NCBI GenBank assembly: GCA_049889495.1
Contig: JBMHDH010000027.1
Location: 252 to 64,251, forward strand
Reading direction: 5' to 3'
Length of the DNA: 64,000 nucleotides
From: Candidatus Puniceispirillaceae bacterium
Lineage (GTDB): Bacteria; Pseudomonadota; Alphaproteobacteria; Puniceispirillales; Puniceispirillaceae
Shown here in pieces: positions 10,270 to 20,504 of the stretch (position 1 is the stretch's first letter; each line of letters begins with the position of its first letter). The notes beneath the pieces are model-generated. The model saw only the letters and a program-made list of their open reading frames with translations. It ran no database searches and was not told the DNA's origin. The translations under genes and the position numbers were made by a program.

Positions 10270-12494
10270 ATAAGATAACACAAGAAGCGGTTTTATCTTG
10301 CTTGCAAGACTCCCCTGCTCCTCTTTACTTAAGAGAAATTGCAAAAGCCTTATCCTTATCACCTGCGGCGCGCGAAGAGCTGAAACCGCTGATTGCAGCT
10401 ATGGCATCTGACGGGCTGATCCATGTTGATGAACGCCGCCTGATCCGCTTGCCAACCCATATGCCAGAAGTGTGCATGGCTGAGGTGCTAGCCTATGATG
10501 ATGATGGTTATGGCAGCATTCGCATCTTATCAGATGATATTTCTGAAGAGCTGATTGCACGAAGTGACATTATGCTGGCTCCCGAAAGAAAGCGCGGCCG
10601 CATTCCACGCATTGGGGCCAAAATATTGGTGCGCATGACAGCCTATGGCCCTGACCAATATGAAGCGCGCGTCTTGCGCATTCTGCCTGATCGCAAAGAA
10701 ACCATCTTTGGCCGCATTGTTGCCTTTCGCGGTGGGTTTGGCATTGAAGTCGCCGAAAAAGGCGCACGGCAAATTGTACCTTTGGCCCCTGATGGGGATG
10801 CCCCACAGCTTGATGATTTGATCGAAGCAGAGTTTCTGCCAGCCAAAGGGCGCATCTCTAAAACAGCAAAAATGATTAAAAATTTTGGCTCGGGTGAGAC
10901 AGCTGATGCCTATATTCAACTGGCGATTGCCGAATTTGGTATCCCGCATATCTTTTCAGATAGTATCTTGCAAAGCACCGCTCATGCCACAGTGCCAGAG
11001 CAAGCGCAGCGCGTTGATTTACGCGACTTGCCTTTGGTGACGATTGATGGGGCTGATGCCAAAGATTTTGATGATGCGGTATTTGCAGAACCTGTATCAG
11101 GCGGCTGGCGTCTGATTGTCGCAATTGCTGATGTCTCTGCCTATGTCACAGCTGGATCAGAATTGGATATCGAAGCGCAGAAAAGAGGAAATTCTGTCTA
11201 TTTACCAGGCACTGTCATCCCGATGTTACCAGAATCTCTGTCAAATGGGGTCTGCTCGCTTGTGCCGCATGAAGATCGGGCATCGCTTGCGGTGGAGATC
11301 TTCATTGATGAGGCTGGTGTGAAGCAATCACATCGCTTTATGCGGTGCCTGATTACCTCTCATGCGCGTTTGATTTATGATGATGTACAAGCGGTCTATG
11401 AAGGCACGCTTGACGAAGATGCCATTGGGGCGCCTGCAGGTGCGTTGCATCATTTATTTGGCGTTTGGCACCTTTTGCATGCCATGCGTGAACAAAGAGG
11501 CACGTTAAATCTGTCTGTGCCTGAAAAACGGGTGATGTTATCTGAAAGCGGAAAACCAGCAGAGATCACCGTCAGAGAGCAAAAGCCAGCCCATCAATTA
11601 ATCGAAGAATTCATGATTTTGGCCAATATCTGTGCCGCTGAAGAATTAGAAGCCAAGCAAGCCGCTTGTGTTTATCGCACCCATGACAGGCCAGATATGG
11701 AAAAAATTGAAGGCTTGCGCGAATTGGCAGAAGCACTCGAAATTCCCTTTGCCAAAGGGCAAGTTATCACGCCGCATCGTTTCAACCAATTATTGGCCTC
11801 AGTCAAAGACACAGCTGAAGAACAGATGGTCAATGATGCGGTATTGCGGTGCCAATCACGCGCGGTCTATGATTGTGAAAATAACGGGCATTATGGCCTA
11901 TCTTTGACACGCTATGCGCATTTTACATCACCCATCAGACGTTATGCCGATTTATTGGTGCATCGTGCCATTATTGAGACCAACCGCCTTGGTCCTGAAA
12001 GGCAATTGGTACAAAACCGCGATGAATTGCGCGCGCTTTGTGGCCAGATCAGCGCATCAGAACAAGTCGCCGCCAAAGCGGAAAGACGCACCACAGACAG
12101 GCTGATCGCTGTCCTTTACCAACCACAAATTGGCCGTCAATGTGATGCCACCATCACAGGCCTAGCCAATTTCGGCCTGTTTGCCAGCTTTGATGATCGC
12201 GCCGCAGAAGGCTTTATCCCTTTCCGATCATTGCCCGAAGATTTTTACGAATTGGATCATGGCAATAGCCGTCTGGCTGGCAGGCGTTATGGCACGGTAT
12301 TCAAGCTAGGTGATGTGATCACTGTTCAAATTCAATCTGTTGAACCAGCTTCTGGCGGTATTTTATTGACCTATCTTGATGGCGGCACAACTGATAAACG
12401 GGTGATCAAATCAAAGAAACGTCGTCATGGCGCCCAAAATGGCAAGAAATCAGCCCCCAAAAAGGCCGCAAAACGAAGCAAAAGACGCCGCTAA
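10266..12494 (+). CDS. rnr: ribonuclease R
   Basis: 742-aa ORF with RNB-domain blocks DGADAKDFDDAV and HYGLSLTRYAHFTSPIRRYADLLVHR. It has a C-terminal S1-like region and a basic tail. The GTG start overlaps the topA stop (GTGA). Confidence 0.9.
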   Translation: MNKITQEAVLSCLQDSPAPLYLREIAKALSLSPAAREELKPLIAAMASDGLIHVDERRLIRLPTHMPEVCMAEVLAYDDDGYGSIRILSDDISEELIARSDIMLAPERKRGRIPRIGAKILVRMTAYGPDQYEARVLRILPDRKETIFGRIVAFRGGFGIEVAEKGARQIVPLAPDGDAPQLDDLIEAEFLPAKGRISKTAKMIKNFGSGETADAYIQLAIAEFGIPHIFSDSILQSTAHATVPEQAQRVDLRDLPLVTIDGADAKDFDDAVFAEPVSGGWRLIVAIADVSAYVTAGSELDIEAQKRGNSVYLPGTVIPMLPESLSNGVCSLVPHEDRASLAVEIFIDEAGVKQSHRFMRCLITSHARLIYDDVQAVYEGTLDEDAIGAPAGALHHLFGVWHLLHAMREQRGTLNLSVPEKRVMLSESGKPAEITVREQKPAHQLIEEFMILANICAAEELEAKQAACVYRTHDRPDMEKIEGLRELAEALEIPFAKGQVITPHRFNQLLASVKDTAEEQMVNDAVLRCQSRAVYDCENNGHYGLSLTRYAHFTSPIRRYADLLVHRAIIETNRLGPERQLVQNRDELRALCGQISASEQVAAKAERRTTDRLIAVLYQPQIGRQCDATITGLANFGLFASFDDRAAEGFIPFRSLPEDFYELDHGNSRLAGRRYGTVFKLGDVITVQIQSVEPASGGILLTYLDGGTTDKRVIKSKKRRHGAQNGKKSAPKKAAKRSKRRR

Positions 12495-12596
12495 AAACGA
12501 CAAGTGCCATCATAACAGAAGCTTGTTGACTTTCTGTTCCAAATAACGCATGTTGCGGCCTCAGATTTAGACCTCTTATTTTTTGGGATGAGAATT

Positions 12597-12764
12597 ATGG
12601 CGAAGCCAGCAACATTACAGATTAGACTAGTGAGCACTGCTGATACTGGCTATTTTTACGTGACAAAAAAGAACCCACGTACAAAGCCTGAAAAGCTAGA
12701 ATTGAAAAAATATGACCCACGTGCGCGCAAGCATGTGATTTTCAAAGAAGCAAAAATCAAGTAG
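12597..12764 (+). CDS. rpmG: 50S ribosomal protein L33
   Basis: Too short for the ORF track. My translation is [55 protein letters not shown] (55 aa), a typical L33. The rnr-rpmG neighbourhood supports it. Confidence 0.9.
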   Translation: MAKPATLQIRLVSTADTGYFYVTKKNPRTKPEKLELKKYDPRARKHVIFKEAKIK

Positions 12765-12780
12765 TATAAGGTTACTTGTT

Positions 12781-13692
12781 ATGACAATGCGTCTCGGCGT
12801 TGACCTTGGCGGAACAAAGATTGAAGCCGCCATCCTCGATGATAGCGGCTCTTTTATTTGCCGCGAGAGGGTTGCCACCCCTAAAGATTATAGCGATGTC
12901 ATTCGCGCCATCAAAGAGTTATGCGAGCAGGTATCAGATGCCCATGGGTATAGCGGCCCTTTGGGAATCTGCACGCCAGGCAGCATCTCAAACAAAACAG
13001 GCTTAATGCAGGGCTCGAATTCACAATCATTGAACGGCAAAGATGTGGTTCATGATCTGCAGGCCGCGTTAAACCGCCCAGTTAAGATTGCTAATGATGC
13101 CAATTGTTTTGCCCTGTCAGAAGCCATAGATGGCGCTGGTGCAGGATGCCATGCCGTATTTGGTGTTATCATTGGCACAGGTTGTGGTGGCGGCATTGTG
13201 ATTGATGAAAAAATTGTGGGCGGTGTAAACGGGATTGCAGGCGAATGGGGCCATGTGCCCCTGCCTTGGCCAGTTGACCATGAATTTGACGGCCATGATT
13301 GCTGGTGTGGCAAAACAGGGTGCCTTGAGACCTATATTTCTGGCACAGGCCTTGAACTTGATTATTTCCGCATCACCAATGATAAAATCCCAGCCAAAGA
13401 GATTCTGGCAAAAGCAGAGGCAGGCGACATTGTCGCTGAATCTGTTATTCAAGTTCTAGAAGATAGAATCGGCCGTGGTCTTGCCATGGTGATAAACATT
13501 CTTGACCCAGATGCGATTGTGCTTGGGGGCGGCTTGTCAAATATTGATCGCCTTTACACAAATGTGCCACGGAAATGGCCTGGCTATGTGTTTTCAAATG
13601 CGATTGAAACTAAGCTATTAAAGCCAAAATATGGTGATTCTAGCGGGATTAGAGGCGCGGCTTATTTGTTCCGCGACAAAGATAACGCATAA
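12781..13692 (+). CDS. ROK-family sugar kinase (NagK/Mak-like)
   Basis: 303-aa ORF with VDLGGTKIE (ATP-binding motif), NDANCFALSEA, and the ROK zinc motif GHVPL...CWCGKTGCLETY. It aligns closely by eye with E. coli NagK. Confidence 0.8.
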   Translation: MTMRLGVDLGGTKIEAAILDDSGSFICRERVATPKDYSDVIRAIKELCEQVSDAHGYSGPLGICTPGSISNKTGLMQGSNSQSLNGKDVVHDLQAALNRPVKIANDANCFALSEAIDGAGAGCHAVFGVIIGTGCGGGIVIDEKIVGGVNGIAGEWGHVPLPWPVDHEFDGHDCWCGKTGCLETYISGTGLELDYFRITNDKIPAKEILAKAEAGDIVAESVIQVLEDRIGRGLAMVINILDPDAIVLGGGLSNIDRLYTNVPRKWPGYVFSNAIETKLLKPKYGDSSGIRGAAYLFRDKDNA

Positions 13693-13707
13693 AGCAACAG
13701 CGCGCGC

Positions 13708-14562
13708 CTAACAAGAAGGCAGCGCTTCTGCTTTGATATCATCTATATCAGCTTGCAAGATAAAATCGCCATAATCGACTGTGTAATAAGGCACTACCCC
13801 ATTCTTTTGCATCTGGAATGAGATCTCATAAGATGGTACCCCATCGGTACTTTTCGGGTCAAAATAAGCAATATTAACAGGATAATAAGATGCCATCAGC
13901 AAATCTGATTGGGTATCATTATTATCTGCGGTCTGTTCTTTGCCGATCACCACGCTGATTTTCTTCAACGCATCATCTGGCTTTGCCCCAAAAAAGATAT
14001 GGCTGGTATAAAAGCTATCGCCTGCCTCAGCCCGTGCTAAGATTTCTAGCGTATTGGCAATGGGAAATACCGTATCTTCTGGCAATGTCACGGCATTATC
14101 TGGCGCAATGGAAAAGAACGCAGATCCAGATGGGCTATCTTGCGATGCTGTCGCCCCAGATGACAATTCCGCAAAGCCATCAAATGTTATCGGCTTGTCA
14201 TAGCTTGTGCGTTCATCAATGGTAAAGCTGAATAATGAGCCAGCATCATTTTCAAAAGAATCAAATAACGAGGCAAGGTAAATTTCATTGCCATCTTCAA
14301 ATACCATTTGCATCAAGTAATCTTCAGCTGATTTCCAGCCATCGCATTCTTTTATCATGCTAAATTGTGTACGGCCTTTGATTTCGCTGATTTGCGATTC
14401 CTGACTGGCTTGTTTTAATTTCAATTGGTATGTCACTTGGTGGGGCACAAGCTCATAAGCGAAAGCTGGCGCGCCAGACAGACAAGCGGTCATCATTGTC
14501 ATAATCCAATAGCGTTGATACTGAGAGCCAGACTGCGATAAATTCATCCTATAAATCCACAT
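13708..14562 (-). CDS. EipB/DUF1849-like periplasmic cell-envelope protein
   Basis: 284-aa ORF with a signal-like N-terminus (MTMMTACLSGAPAFA). It shows H-x-V-x-Y-x-L, a Cys in KECDGW, a C-terminal ...DYGDF...LPSC, and the overall block order I associate with DUF1849. The true start may be internal to the ORF. Confidence 0.55.
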   Translation of the reverse strand: MWIYRMNLSQSGSQYQRYWIMTMMTACLSGAPAFAYELVPHQVTYQLKLKQASQESQISEIKGRTQFSMIKECDGWKSAEDYLMQMVFEDGNEIYLASLFDSFENDAGSLFSFTIDERTSYDKPITFDGFAELSSGATASQDSPSGSAFFSIAPDNAVTLPEDTVFPIANTLEILARAEAGDSFYTSHIFFGAKPDDALKKISVVIGKEQTADNNDTQSDLLMASYYPVNIAYFDPKSTDGVPSYEISFQMQKNGVVPYYTVDYGDFILQADIDDIKAEALPSC

Positions 14563-14717
14563 CTTATTTCAAAGACCAATTACATCCCCCGCTTGAGATT
14601 TAAACCTAGACATTCAGAGATCAAAATCAAGGATTAGTCATAAATTGCCAGATAAGATCATTTCACCTGACGGATTTAGCGGTTTGTCTTAGTTCCGAAA
14701 TACACTATGCTTGTAAT

Positions 14718-15875
14718 ATGTCTGTTATCCCATCTGTTATCACCAAACAATCTGATCTCTCTGATGCCTTGGCCATCATTGCCAAAGGGGCGTCTTTTGC
14801 GATTGATACCGAATTTATGCGGGAAAAAACCTATTACCCGCAATTATGCCTTATCCAAATCGCTGGCAATGGCATTGTGTTTGCCATTGACCCTTTGGTT
14901 GATGATCTTGACCTGCATGGTTTATGGGATCTGCTAGATAACCCTGACATTACTAAGGTGTTTCATGCTGGCAGACAAGATGTTGAAATTTTCTATCATC
15001 TAACTGGTCGCATCCCTCGAACCATTTTTGACAGTCAAATTGCGGCGATGGTTTGTGGTCTTGGGGATCAGGTCGGCTATGACAAGCTGGTTAAGCATTT
15101 TTTAAATAAGCAAATTGATAAATCATCTCGTTTTACAGATTGGTCAAAACGCCCGCTATCTAACAAGCAAATTGCCTATGCGCTTGATGATGTGATCCAT
15201 TTGGAGAAAATCTATCCCATGTTGCTTTCCGCTTTGGAAAAAGACAATAAATTAGACTGGATTACAGGCGAAGTTACCAAATTAACCGCGCTCGACACCT
15301 ATCAAATTGACCCTGAGACCATTTATAAGCGGATCAAAATTAAGACCAATAAGCCACATACATTGAATAGGTTGAAATATCTGGCGGCCTTTCGGGAACG
15401 GGAATGCCAAAAGCGTGACCTGCCCCGCAACCGTTTTATTAAAGATGAAACCTTAATGGATCTGGCAGCCACAGGTCCGACCTCATTAGAGGCATTGTCA
15501 AAAATTCGGGGCCTTGGCAATCAAAAACAAGGCTGGTTGGCCAATCAATTGCTCGATGTGATTAAAAAAGCAGATGCCAGTGACAAAGCAAGCTGGCCTG
15601 TCATTGCACCAACAACCAGAAAGGAACGACCACCAGTGGCGGTTCTAGAATTGCTGCGGGTGCTATTAAAACATGTCAGCGATCAAAGCGGCATCGCCCC
15701 GCGCCTAATCGCCTCAGCCGCAGATCTAGAAGAATTAGCGCTTTCAGATGACAAAAACCAGCCTGTCTTACAAGGCTGGCGTGGTGAGGTATTTGGCCAA
15801 AAGGCCCTTGATCTGAAATCAGGAAAAATGGCCTTATCTTTATCCAATAACCATTTGCGGTTCTTTGATATCTAG
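14718..15875 (+). CDS. rnd: ribonuclease D
   Basis: 385-aa ORF with the DEDD 3'-5' exonuclease blocks FAIDTEF, FHAGRQDVE and YALDDV, followed by an HRDC-like region. Confidence 0.9.
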   Translation: MSVIPSVITKQSDLSDALAIIAKGASFAIDTEFMREKTYYPQLCLIQIAGNGIVFAIDPLVDDLDLHGLWDLLDNPDITKVFHAGRQDVEIFYHLTGRIPRTIFDSQIAAMVCGLGDQVGYDKLVKHFLNKQIDKSSRFTDWSKRPLSNKQIAYALDDVIHLEKIYPMLLSALEKDNKLDWITGEVTKLTALDTYQIDPETIYKRIKIKTNKPHTLNRLKYLAAFRERECQKRDLPRNRFIKDETLMDLAATGPTSLEALSKIRGLGNQKQGWLANQLLDVIKKADASDKASWPVIAPTTRKERPPVAVLELLRVLLKHVSDQSGIAPRLIASAADLEELALSDDKNQPVLQGWRGEVFGQKALDLKSGKMALSLSNNHLRFFDI

Positions 15876-15914
15876 CCCTTTGAAGCGCTATCTGCGCCGC
15901 ATTTCAACACGATA

Positions 15915-16696
15915 TTATAATGTGGCGTTAAAAGCGCCGCCATCCATCAAAATATTTTGCCCTGTGATATAGCCAGATTGCGCGGCACATAACCACGCGC
16001 AAGCCATACCAAATTCGTCAATATCACCAAGACGTTTGGCAGGGTTGCGCTCTTCTAGGATCTGTCGCATCTCAGGCTTGCTGATATTTTGCGTCTTAGC
16101 AGAATTGGCAATCAAAGTTTCAATACGATCTGTGTTAAATTGACCTGGCAATAAGCCATTAATGGTTACATTATGCGCCGCAACCTCTCTTAATATGCCA
16201 GCAACCAAGCCTGTTAAGCCTGCACGTGCCCCATAGGACAGCCCCAAAGCAGGAATAGGGGATTTCACAGACCCTGAGGTGATATTCACGATACGGCCAA
16301 ATTTCCGTTCAATCATGGGATCCACCACCGCTTTGATCAATTCAAACGCGGTTAACATATTGGCTTCAATGGCATTCATCAAATCATCACGTGACCAGTC
16401 TCTGAAATTACCAGGTGGTGGGCGCCTGCGTTATTCACCAAAATATCAATCTGCCCTGCTGTATCAAGGGCGGCGTTGCGCCCGTCTTTTGTTGTGATAT
16501 CACAAGCCACGGCTTGCACAGATACACCTGTTTCATCGCGTATCACTTGCGCGGCTTCTTCAAGCGTCTCAGCGGTTCTGGCACACATCACAATATCCAC
16601 ACCAGCGCGCGCCAATGCTTGCGCACAGCCAAAACCCAATCCTTTAGATGAGGCACAAACCAATGCTGTTTTGCCAGCAATTCCAAAATCAATCAT
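15915..16696 (-). pseudogene. short-chain dehydrogenase/reductase, frameshifted (or carrying a sequencing error)
   Basis: Two consecutive ORFs (16696-16379 and 16382-15915) are the N- and C-terminal parts of one SDR. The upstream frame reads ...DILVNNAG then nonsense. A second frame opens at the same spot and reads PPPGNFRDWSRDDLMNAIEANML... One base appears to be missing around 16421-16427 (ggcgcc). Confidence 0.7.
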
Positions 16697-17412
16697 CTGT
16701 CAGTCTCTTCTTCAAAATTTAACGATGTTTGCTGAGATTCAAAAATCCCACGCACCAAAGCAATGGTAACAGGCTTTTTTTGCGCCAAAGAAATCTTATC
16801 AATCTCATAGGCCAATTCTGCCACCGCTTCATAGCTTCGCTCGACACGTGATAGGATATAGTTCAATACCGCTTCAGAAACAGAGCATTGGCGTTCAGCA
16901 AAATAGGTTTCAAGCAAAGCTGCCAATAAATGATCATCTGGCAAATACACCTCTTGGCACGGCAAGGACCGACAGCGCGAGGCCAAATCAGGCACCTGCC
17001 ATGGCATTTGTGAGACAGGCTCTTTTGACAGCATAAGGGCTGATTTTTGTGTTTCTGCTAAATAATTAAAAAAATGAAACACCGCTTCTTCAGAAAAACC
17101 CGAGGAAGGCGATAGATCATCTAAGATATAACCATCGGCTGCCTCTAGTGCGGCGCGGTCAAATTCGCGCAATTGCGTCAGGCTAATAATCGTTTTATTG
17201 GCGGCATAGATCTTGCCAAGATGGCTTTTTCCACATCCTTTTGGGCCAAAAATATTGATACTGCGATAGGGCAATGGCCAATCAGGCCATTTGACAATCC
17301 AGTCATAAGCCAATTGATTTGCTTCACTGACAAAATAATCTTTCACCGCATCAGAGCGGGGTAATATCAGCGTTAATGGTATTTGCGACATGTCAAAATT
17401 GCCCTTTTTCAC
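16693..17412 (-). CDS. hdaA: DnaA-related regulatory inactivator HdaA
   Basis: 239-aa ORF with a DnaA domain-III-like Walker A (FGPKGCGKSHLG). Size and position near purMN are as in other proteobacteria. Its stop overlaps the SDR start (ATGA). Confidence 0.8.
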   Translation of the reverse strand: MKKGNFDMSQIPLTLILPRSDAVKDYFVSEANQLAYDWIVKWPDWPLPYRSINIFGPKGCGKSHLGKIYAANKTIISLTQLREFDRAALEAADGYILDDLSPSSGFSEEAVFHFFNYLAETQKSALMLSKEPVSQMPWQVPDLASRCRSLPCQEVYLPDDHLLAALLETYFAERQCSVSEAVLNYILSRVERSYEAVAELAYEIDKISLAQKKPVTIALVRGIFESQQTSLNFEEETDR

Positions 17413-17424
17413 GCATCAAAGCCG

Positions 17425-18540
17425 TTACTGTTTGGCGCGCGTGATAACAAAGGCATCATCACGCGTCTCAAGCGTAAACCCAAGCGGAGACAAGCTATAG
17501 CGAAGCGCATCCACTGACCCATTTAACTCAAGAGATAACAAAGCTGAAGCCACATTCAAAGATAGCAAATTCACCTCGCCAATCACAGGCAGGTTTGATA
17601 ATTGCCTTTGCAGATCCACCCAATCAGCATGGCCTGTGATCGCCGCCTTTGCGTAAATGGTGTTTGATAAATCCGTTTGCCGCAAATTGGCCGTTTGCCA
17701 GCCTTCTTCAAATTGTCCCAAGACATCAGCACGAAACGCCTCATAATGTTTCGGTAATGCGGCATTATCCGTTTCAATGATGGTTTGCGCCACATCACCA
17801 ATTAAGGCCCCTTCTTTGTCATAGAGGCGCGCTTGCATGGTCAATTGCGGTGGGTCTTGCGTTAAATCCACATAGCCCCTCACCCATAATATTTGTTCTG
17901 CTTTGGCACGGCCAACCGCTTTGATTAAAAAATCAGGATTGGCTTCTGAAAGGCGTTCTGCACGCAATTGCCTCTCATTCAACAAGGTTGGCTCAAGCGC
18001 CACAAAATCAAGCAAGCCTTGATAAGATGCCGCTTCTTCGCGCCACCCTTGCAACCAAATATTATCACTTTGCCACGCTCTGGCACCTGCCGCATCTTCA
18101 AACACAGGAAGAATTAGCACAGGCGGGCTTTTGATTTCGGCCCAGCCAAGCTTTTGCTCTTCAAAAAACGACCGCAATAACCGATCTGAAAAACAAATAT
18201 CAATTTCTGCAATATAACGACCAGGCAGTGAATTTTCTGTGCGGATATGAACCAAATCCACAGCCGCTTCTGGTGCGACTGGCATGGTAAAAGCCTCACG
18301 CTCTAGCAAAAGCCGATCCAATACAATGGATAATGCGGCCTCATGTGCTTGTTCTAATGCTGTGATTTGCGCCTGATTGGCGGTATCAGCTGTTTGATCA
18401 ATCTGAATTTGTGAAACCCCAAACACATCTGCCGCACACGCGCTTGTCTGCCCTTTGCCAAAAGTAATGCTGGCATTAGCTGATGACAGGCCGTTTATCC
18501 CTAAACAGATGCAGAAGAATATGCTAATGATACGTAACAC
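17425..18540 (-). CDS. secreted DUF2066-like protein
   Basis: Long ORF upstream of hdaA. I chose the GTG start at 18540, which gives the signal peptide VLRIISIFFCICLGINGLSSANA. The ORF-track start at 18666 would overlap purM. The family assignment comes from memory of the conserved hda/purM neighbourhood, not from a motif. Confidence 0.5.
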   Translation of the reverse strand: MLRIISIFFCICLGINGLSSANASITFGKGQTSACAADVFGVSQIQIDQTADTANQAQITALEQAHEAALSIVLDRLLLEREAFTMPVAPEAAVDLVHIRTENSLPGRYIAEIDICFSDRLLRSFFEEQKLGWAEIKSPPVLILPVFEDAAGARAWQSDNIWLQGWREEAASYQGLLDFVALEPTLLNERQLRAERLSEANPDFLIKAVGRAKAEQILWVRGYVDLTQDPPQLTMQARLYDKEGALIGDVAQTIIETDNAALPKHYEAFRADVLGQFEEGWQTANLRQTDLSNTIYAKAAITGHADWVDLQRQLSNLPVIGEVNLLSLNVASALLSLELNGSVDALRYSLSPLGFTLETRDDAFVITRAKQ

Positions 18541-18642
18541 GTGAACGCGCCCTTTGTTCAAAGCCGTTTGCAAAACCAAGAGTCGATCTGTCTCATGGCA
18601 GATGATAGCCCCATTATAACGACAATATCGCAAGAGACTAGC

Positions 18643-19716
18643 ATGAGTGACAAAAACAATAGCCAAGGGTTAACCTATAAGGATGCTGGTGTTGATATTG
18701 ACGCAGGCGAAGCCTTGGTGGATGCCATCAAACCAGAAGCCAAACGCACCATGCGCAAAGGTGCCAATCCTGACCTTGGCGGGTTTGGCGGGCTATTTGA
18801 TTTAAAAGCCGCAGGTTTTACCGATCCCATTCTTGTGTCTGGTACAGATGGGGTTGGCACCAAGCTTGAAATCGCCAAAACCATGAATCACCATCGCACC
18901 TTGGGCATTGATTTGGTGGCCATGTGTTCAAATGATATTTTGGCGCAAGGTGCCATGCCACTGTTTTTCCTAGATTATTTTTCAACAGGAAAATTGGATG
19001 TTGGCGTTGGCAAAGATTTGGTTGCTGGCATCGCTGATGGGTGTCTTGAGGCAGGTTGTGCGCTGATTGGCGGCGAAACAGCCGAAATGCCTGGTGTCTA
19101 TGGCGATGGGGATTATGATTTAGCAGGGTTTTGCGTAGGCGCTGTGGAACGTGATGCAATCTTAACCAAAGGTATGGTGCAAGCTGGCGATAAAATCATT
19201 GCCCTTCCCTCATCTGGGGTTCATGCCAATGGCTTTTCCCTTGTTCGTAAAATCATTGAGGTCACTGGCTTGTCTCTTCATGATCCCGCATCTTTTGCTA
19301 AAAACCAAAGCCTTGGCATGGCGCTTTTGGCACCAACGCGCATCTACACAGACCCTGTCATGGCCGCTATCCAATCTGGCGGCGTGACAGGTGTGGCACA
19401 TATCACAGGTGGGGGGCTGATTGAAAATCCGCCGCGCGTCTATGATGATCGCCTTGCCGCAAAACTGAAAATGACCAGCCGTCCACTGCCTCCCTTATTT
19501 CAGTGGCTAAAACAAGCGGGAAATCTGTCTGATTTTGAATTGGCGCGCACCTTTAATTGTGGGATTGGCATGTTGGTTTATGTGGCCGCTGATAAAGCAG
19601 ATGCGGCACTTGCGGCCATGTGCCAGACAGGCGAAGATGCCTTTATGATTGGCGAGATGGTGGCACGAGACGATGCGCCTGTGATCCTTGAAGACAGCGC
19701 GGCGGCTTTTGCGTAA
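18643..19716 (+). CDS. purM: phosphoribosylformylglycinamidine cyclo-ligase (AIR synthetase)
   Basis: The ORF contains MSDKNNSQGLTYKDAGVDIDAGEA..., the canonical PurM N-terminus. I chose ATG 18643 rather than the GTG at 18541. Confidence 0.95.
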   Translation: MSDKNNSQGLTYKDAGVDIDAGEALVDAIKPEAKRTMRKGANPDLGGFGGLFDLKAAGFTDPILVSGTDGVGTKLEIAKTMNHHRTLGIDLVAMCSNDILAQGAMPLFFLDYFSTGKLDVGVGKDLVAGIADGCLEAGCALIGGETAEMPGVYGDGDYDLAGFCVGAVERDAILTKGMVQAGDKIIALPSSGVHANGFSLVRKIIEVTGLSLHDPASFAKNQSLGMALLAPTRIYTDPVMAAIQSGGVTGVAHITGGGLIENPPRVYDDRLAAKLKMTSRPLPPLFQWLKQAGNLSDFELARTFNCGIGMLVYVAADKADAALAAMCQTGEDAFMIGEMVARDDAPVILEDSAAAFA

Positions 19717-19761
19717 CGGCGCGCTGATCAAACGCACTTAACGATAAGGCAATCATAAGAT

Positions 19762-20418
19762 ATGGTTACATTTGCCATTCTCATTTCAGGGCGCGGCAGT
19801 AATATGCTGGCTTTGCATGATGTCATAAAAACACTGCCAGATCAGGCAGAGATTATTTCTGTTTGCGCTGATAAAGCGTGTGATGGTCTAATCAAAGCAG
19901 ATGAGCGGGGCCTGCCAACAAAGCTGGTATCTTATCAAAACCGCAAAAAATCAGAAAGTGAAGCTGAGATGATTGCCCATTTGCAATCCTTAAAACCAGA
20001 TTTCATTTTACTGGCAGGGTTTATGCGTATTTTATCACCTGAATTCACAGCTGCCTTTGCTGGCAGAATCATCAATATTCACCCCTCTTTATTACCAAAA
20101 TACAAAGGGTTAGACACCCATCAACGCGCGCTTGAAAATGGCGATCGTCGCCATGGGGCAAGTATTCATATCGTAACGCCTGCGCTAGATGATGGCCCTG
20201 TGATCTTGCAAGCCAGCATTGCGATTGCGGATAATGATAGCGCGGATCAACTAGCCAACCGCCTTTTGCCTGTTGAACATTGGCTGTATGGGGCTGTTGT
20301 GCGGGCGCTTGCCACAGATGCGTTAGATATCACAGATCAGGGCCATCAGTGGATCAATCAGCCTGAAATACCATCTGATCTTGCGGCTCGCATCGAAAAC
20401 CAGCCATCTGACACCTAA
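19762..20418 (+). CDS. purN: phosphoribosylglycinamide formyltransferase
   Basis: 218-aa ORF with FAILISGRGSNM and INIHPSLLPKYKG, placed after purM. Confidence 0.95.
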   Translation: MVTFAILISGRGSNMLALHDVIKTLPDQAEIISVCADKACDGLIKADERGLPTKLVSYQNRKKSESEAEMIAHLQSLKPDFILLAGFMRILSPEFTAAFAGRIINIHPSLLPKYKGLDTHQRALENGDRRHGASIHIVTPALDDGPVILQASIAIADNDSADQLANRLLPVEHWLYGAVVRALATDALDITDQGHQWINQPEIPSDLAARIENQPSDT

Positions 20419-20504
20419 CGCGCATGTGATCGCGCTTGCATTTTCTTTTCGCAGACGGCATATAGAACGCAGATGTTAGTTTGCGTTTTTTCGGGGGCCC
20501 CAAA

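Noticed and set aside
10044-10362. 79-aa and 84-aa minus-strand ORFs (FFAAAFLAGFF...) at the topA/rnr junction
   Set aside because: They are antisense images of the AAG/GCN repeat that encodes the TopA Lys/Ala tail. They have no independent signals.
18541-18666. Long N-terminal extensions suggested by the ORF track (purM from 18541, DUF2066 from 18666; similarly mlaF 39378, surA 25651, cfa-like 57553, pdeM 54599, lptF 23377, fabG 33165, fabD 34187)
   Set aside because: The extended starts would make neighbouring genes overlap by 60-130 nt. Internal ATG/GTG codons reproduce the canonical N-termini or signal peptides of each family and leave normal intergenic spacing.
20466-20491. Hairpin AACGCA-N10-TGCGTT plus T-run after purN as an intrinsic terminator
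   Set aside because: The stem is only 6 bp, and the element ends 14 nt before the ATG of the 43-aa ORF. That leaves no room for a separate promoter, so I did not list it as a feature.
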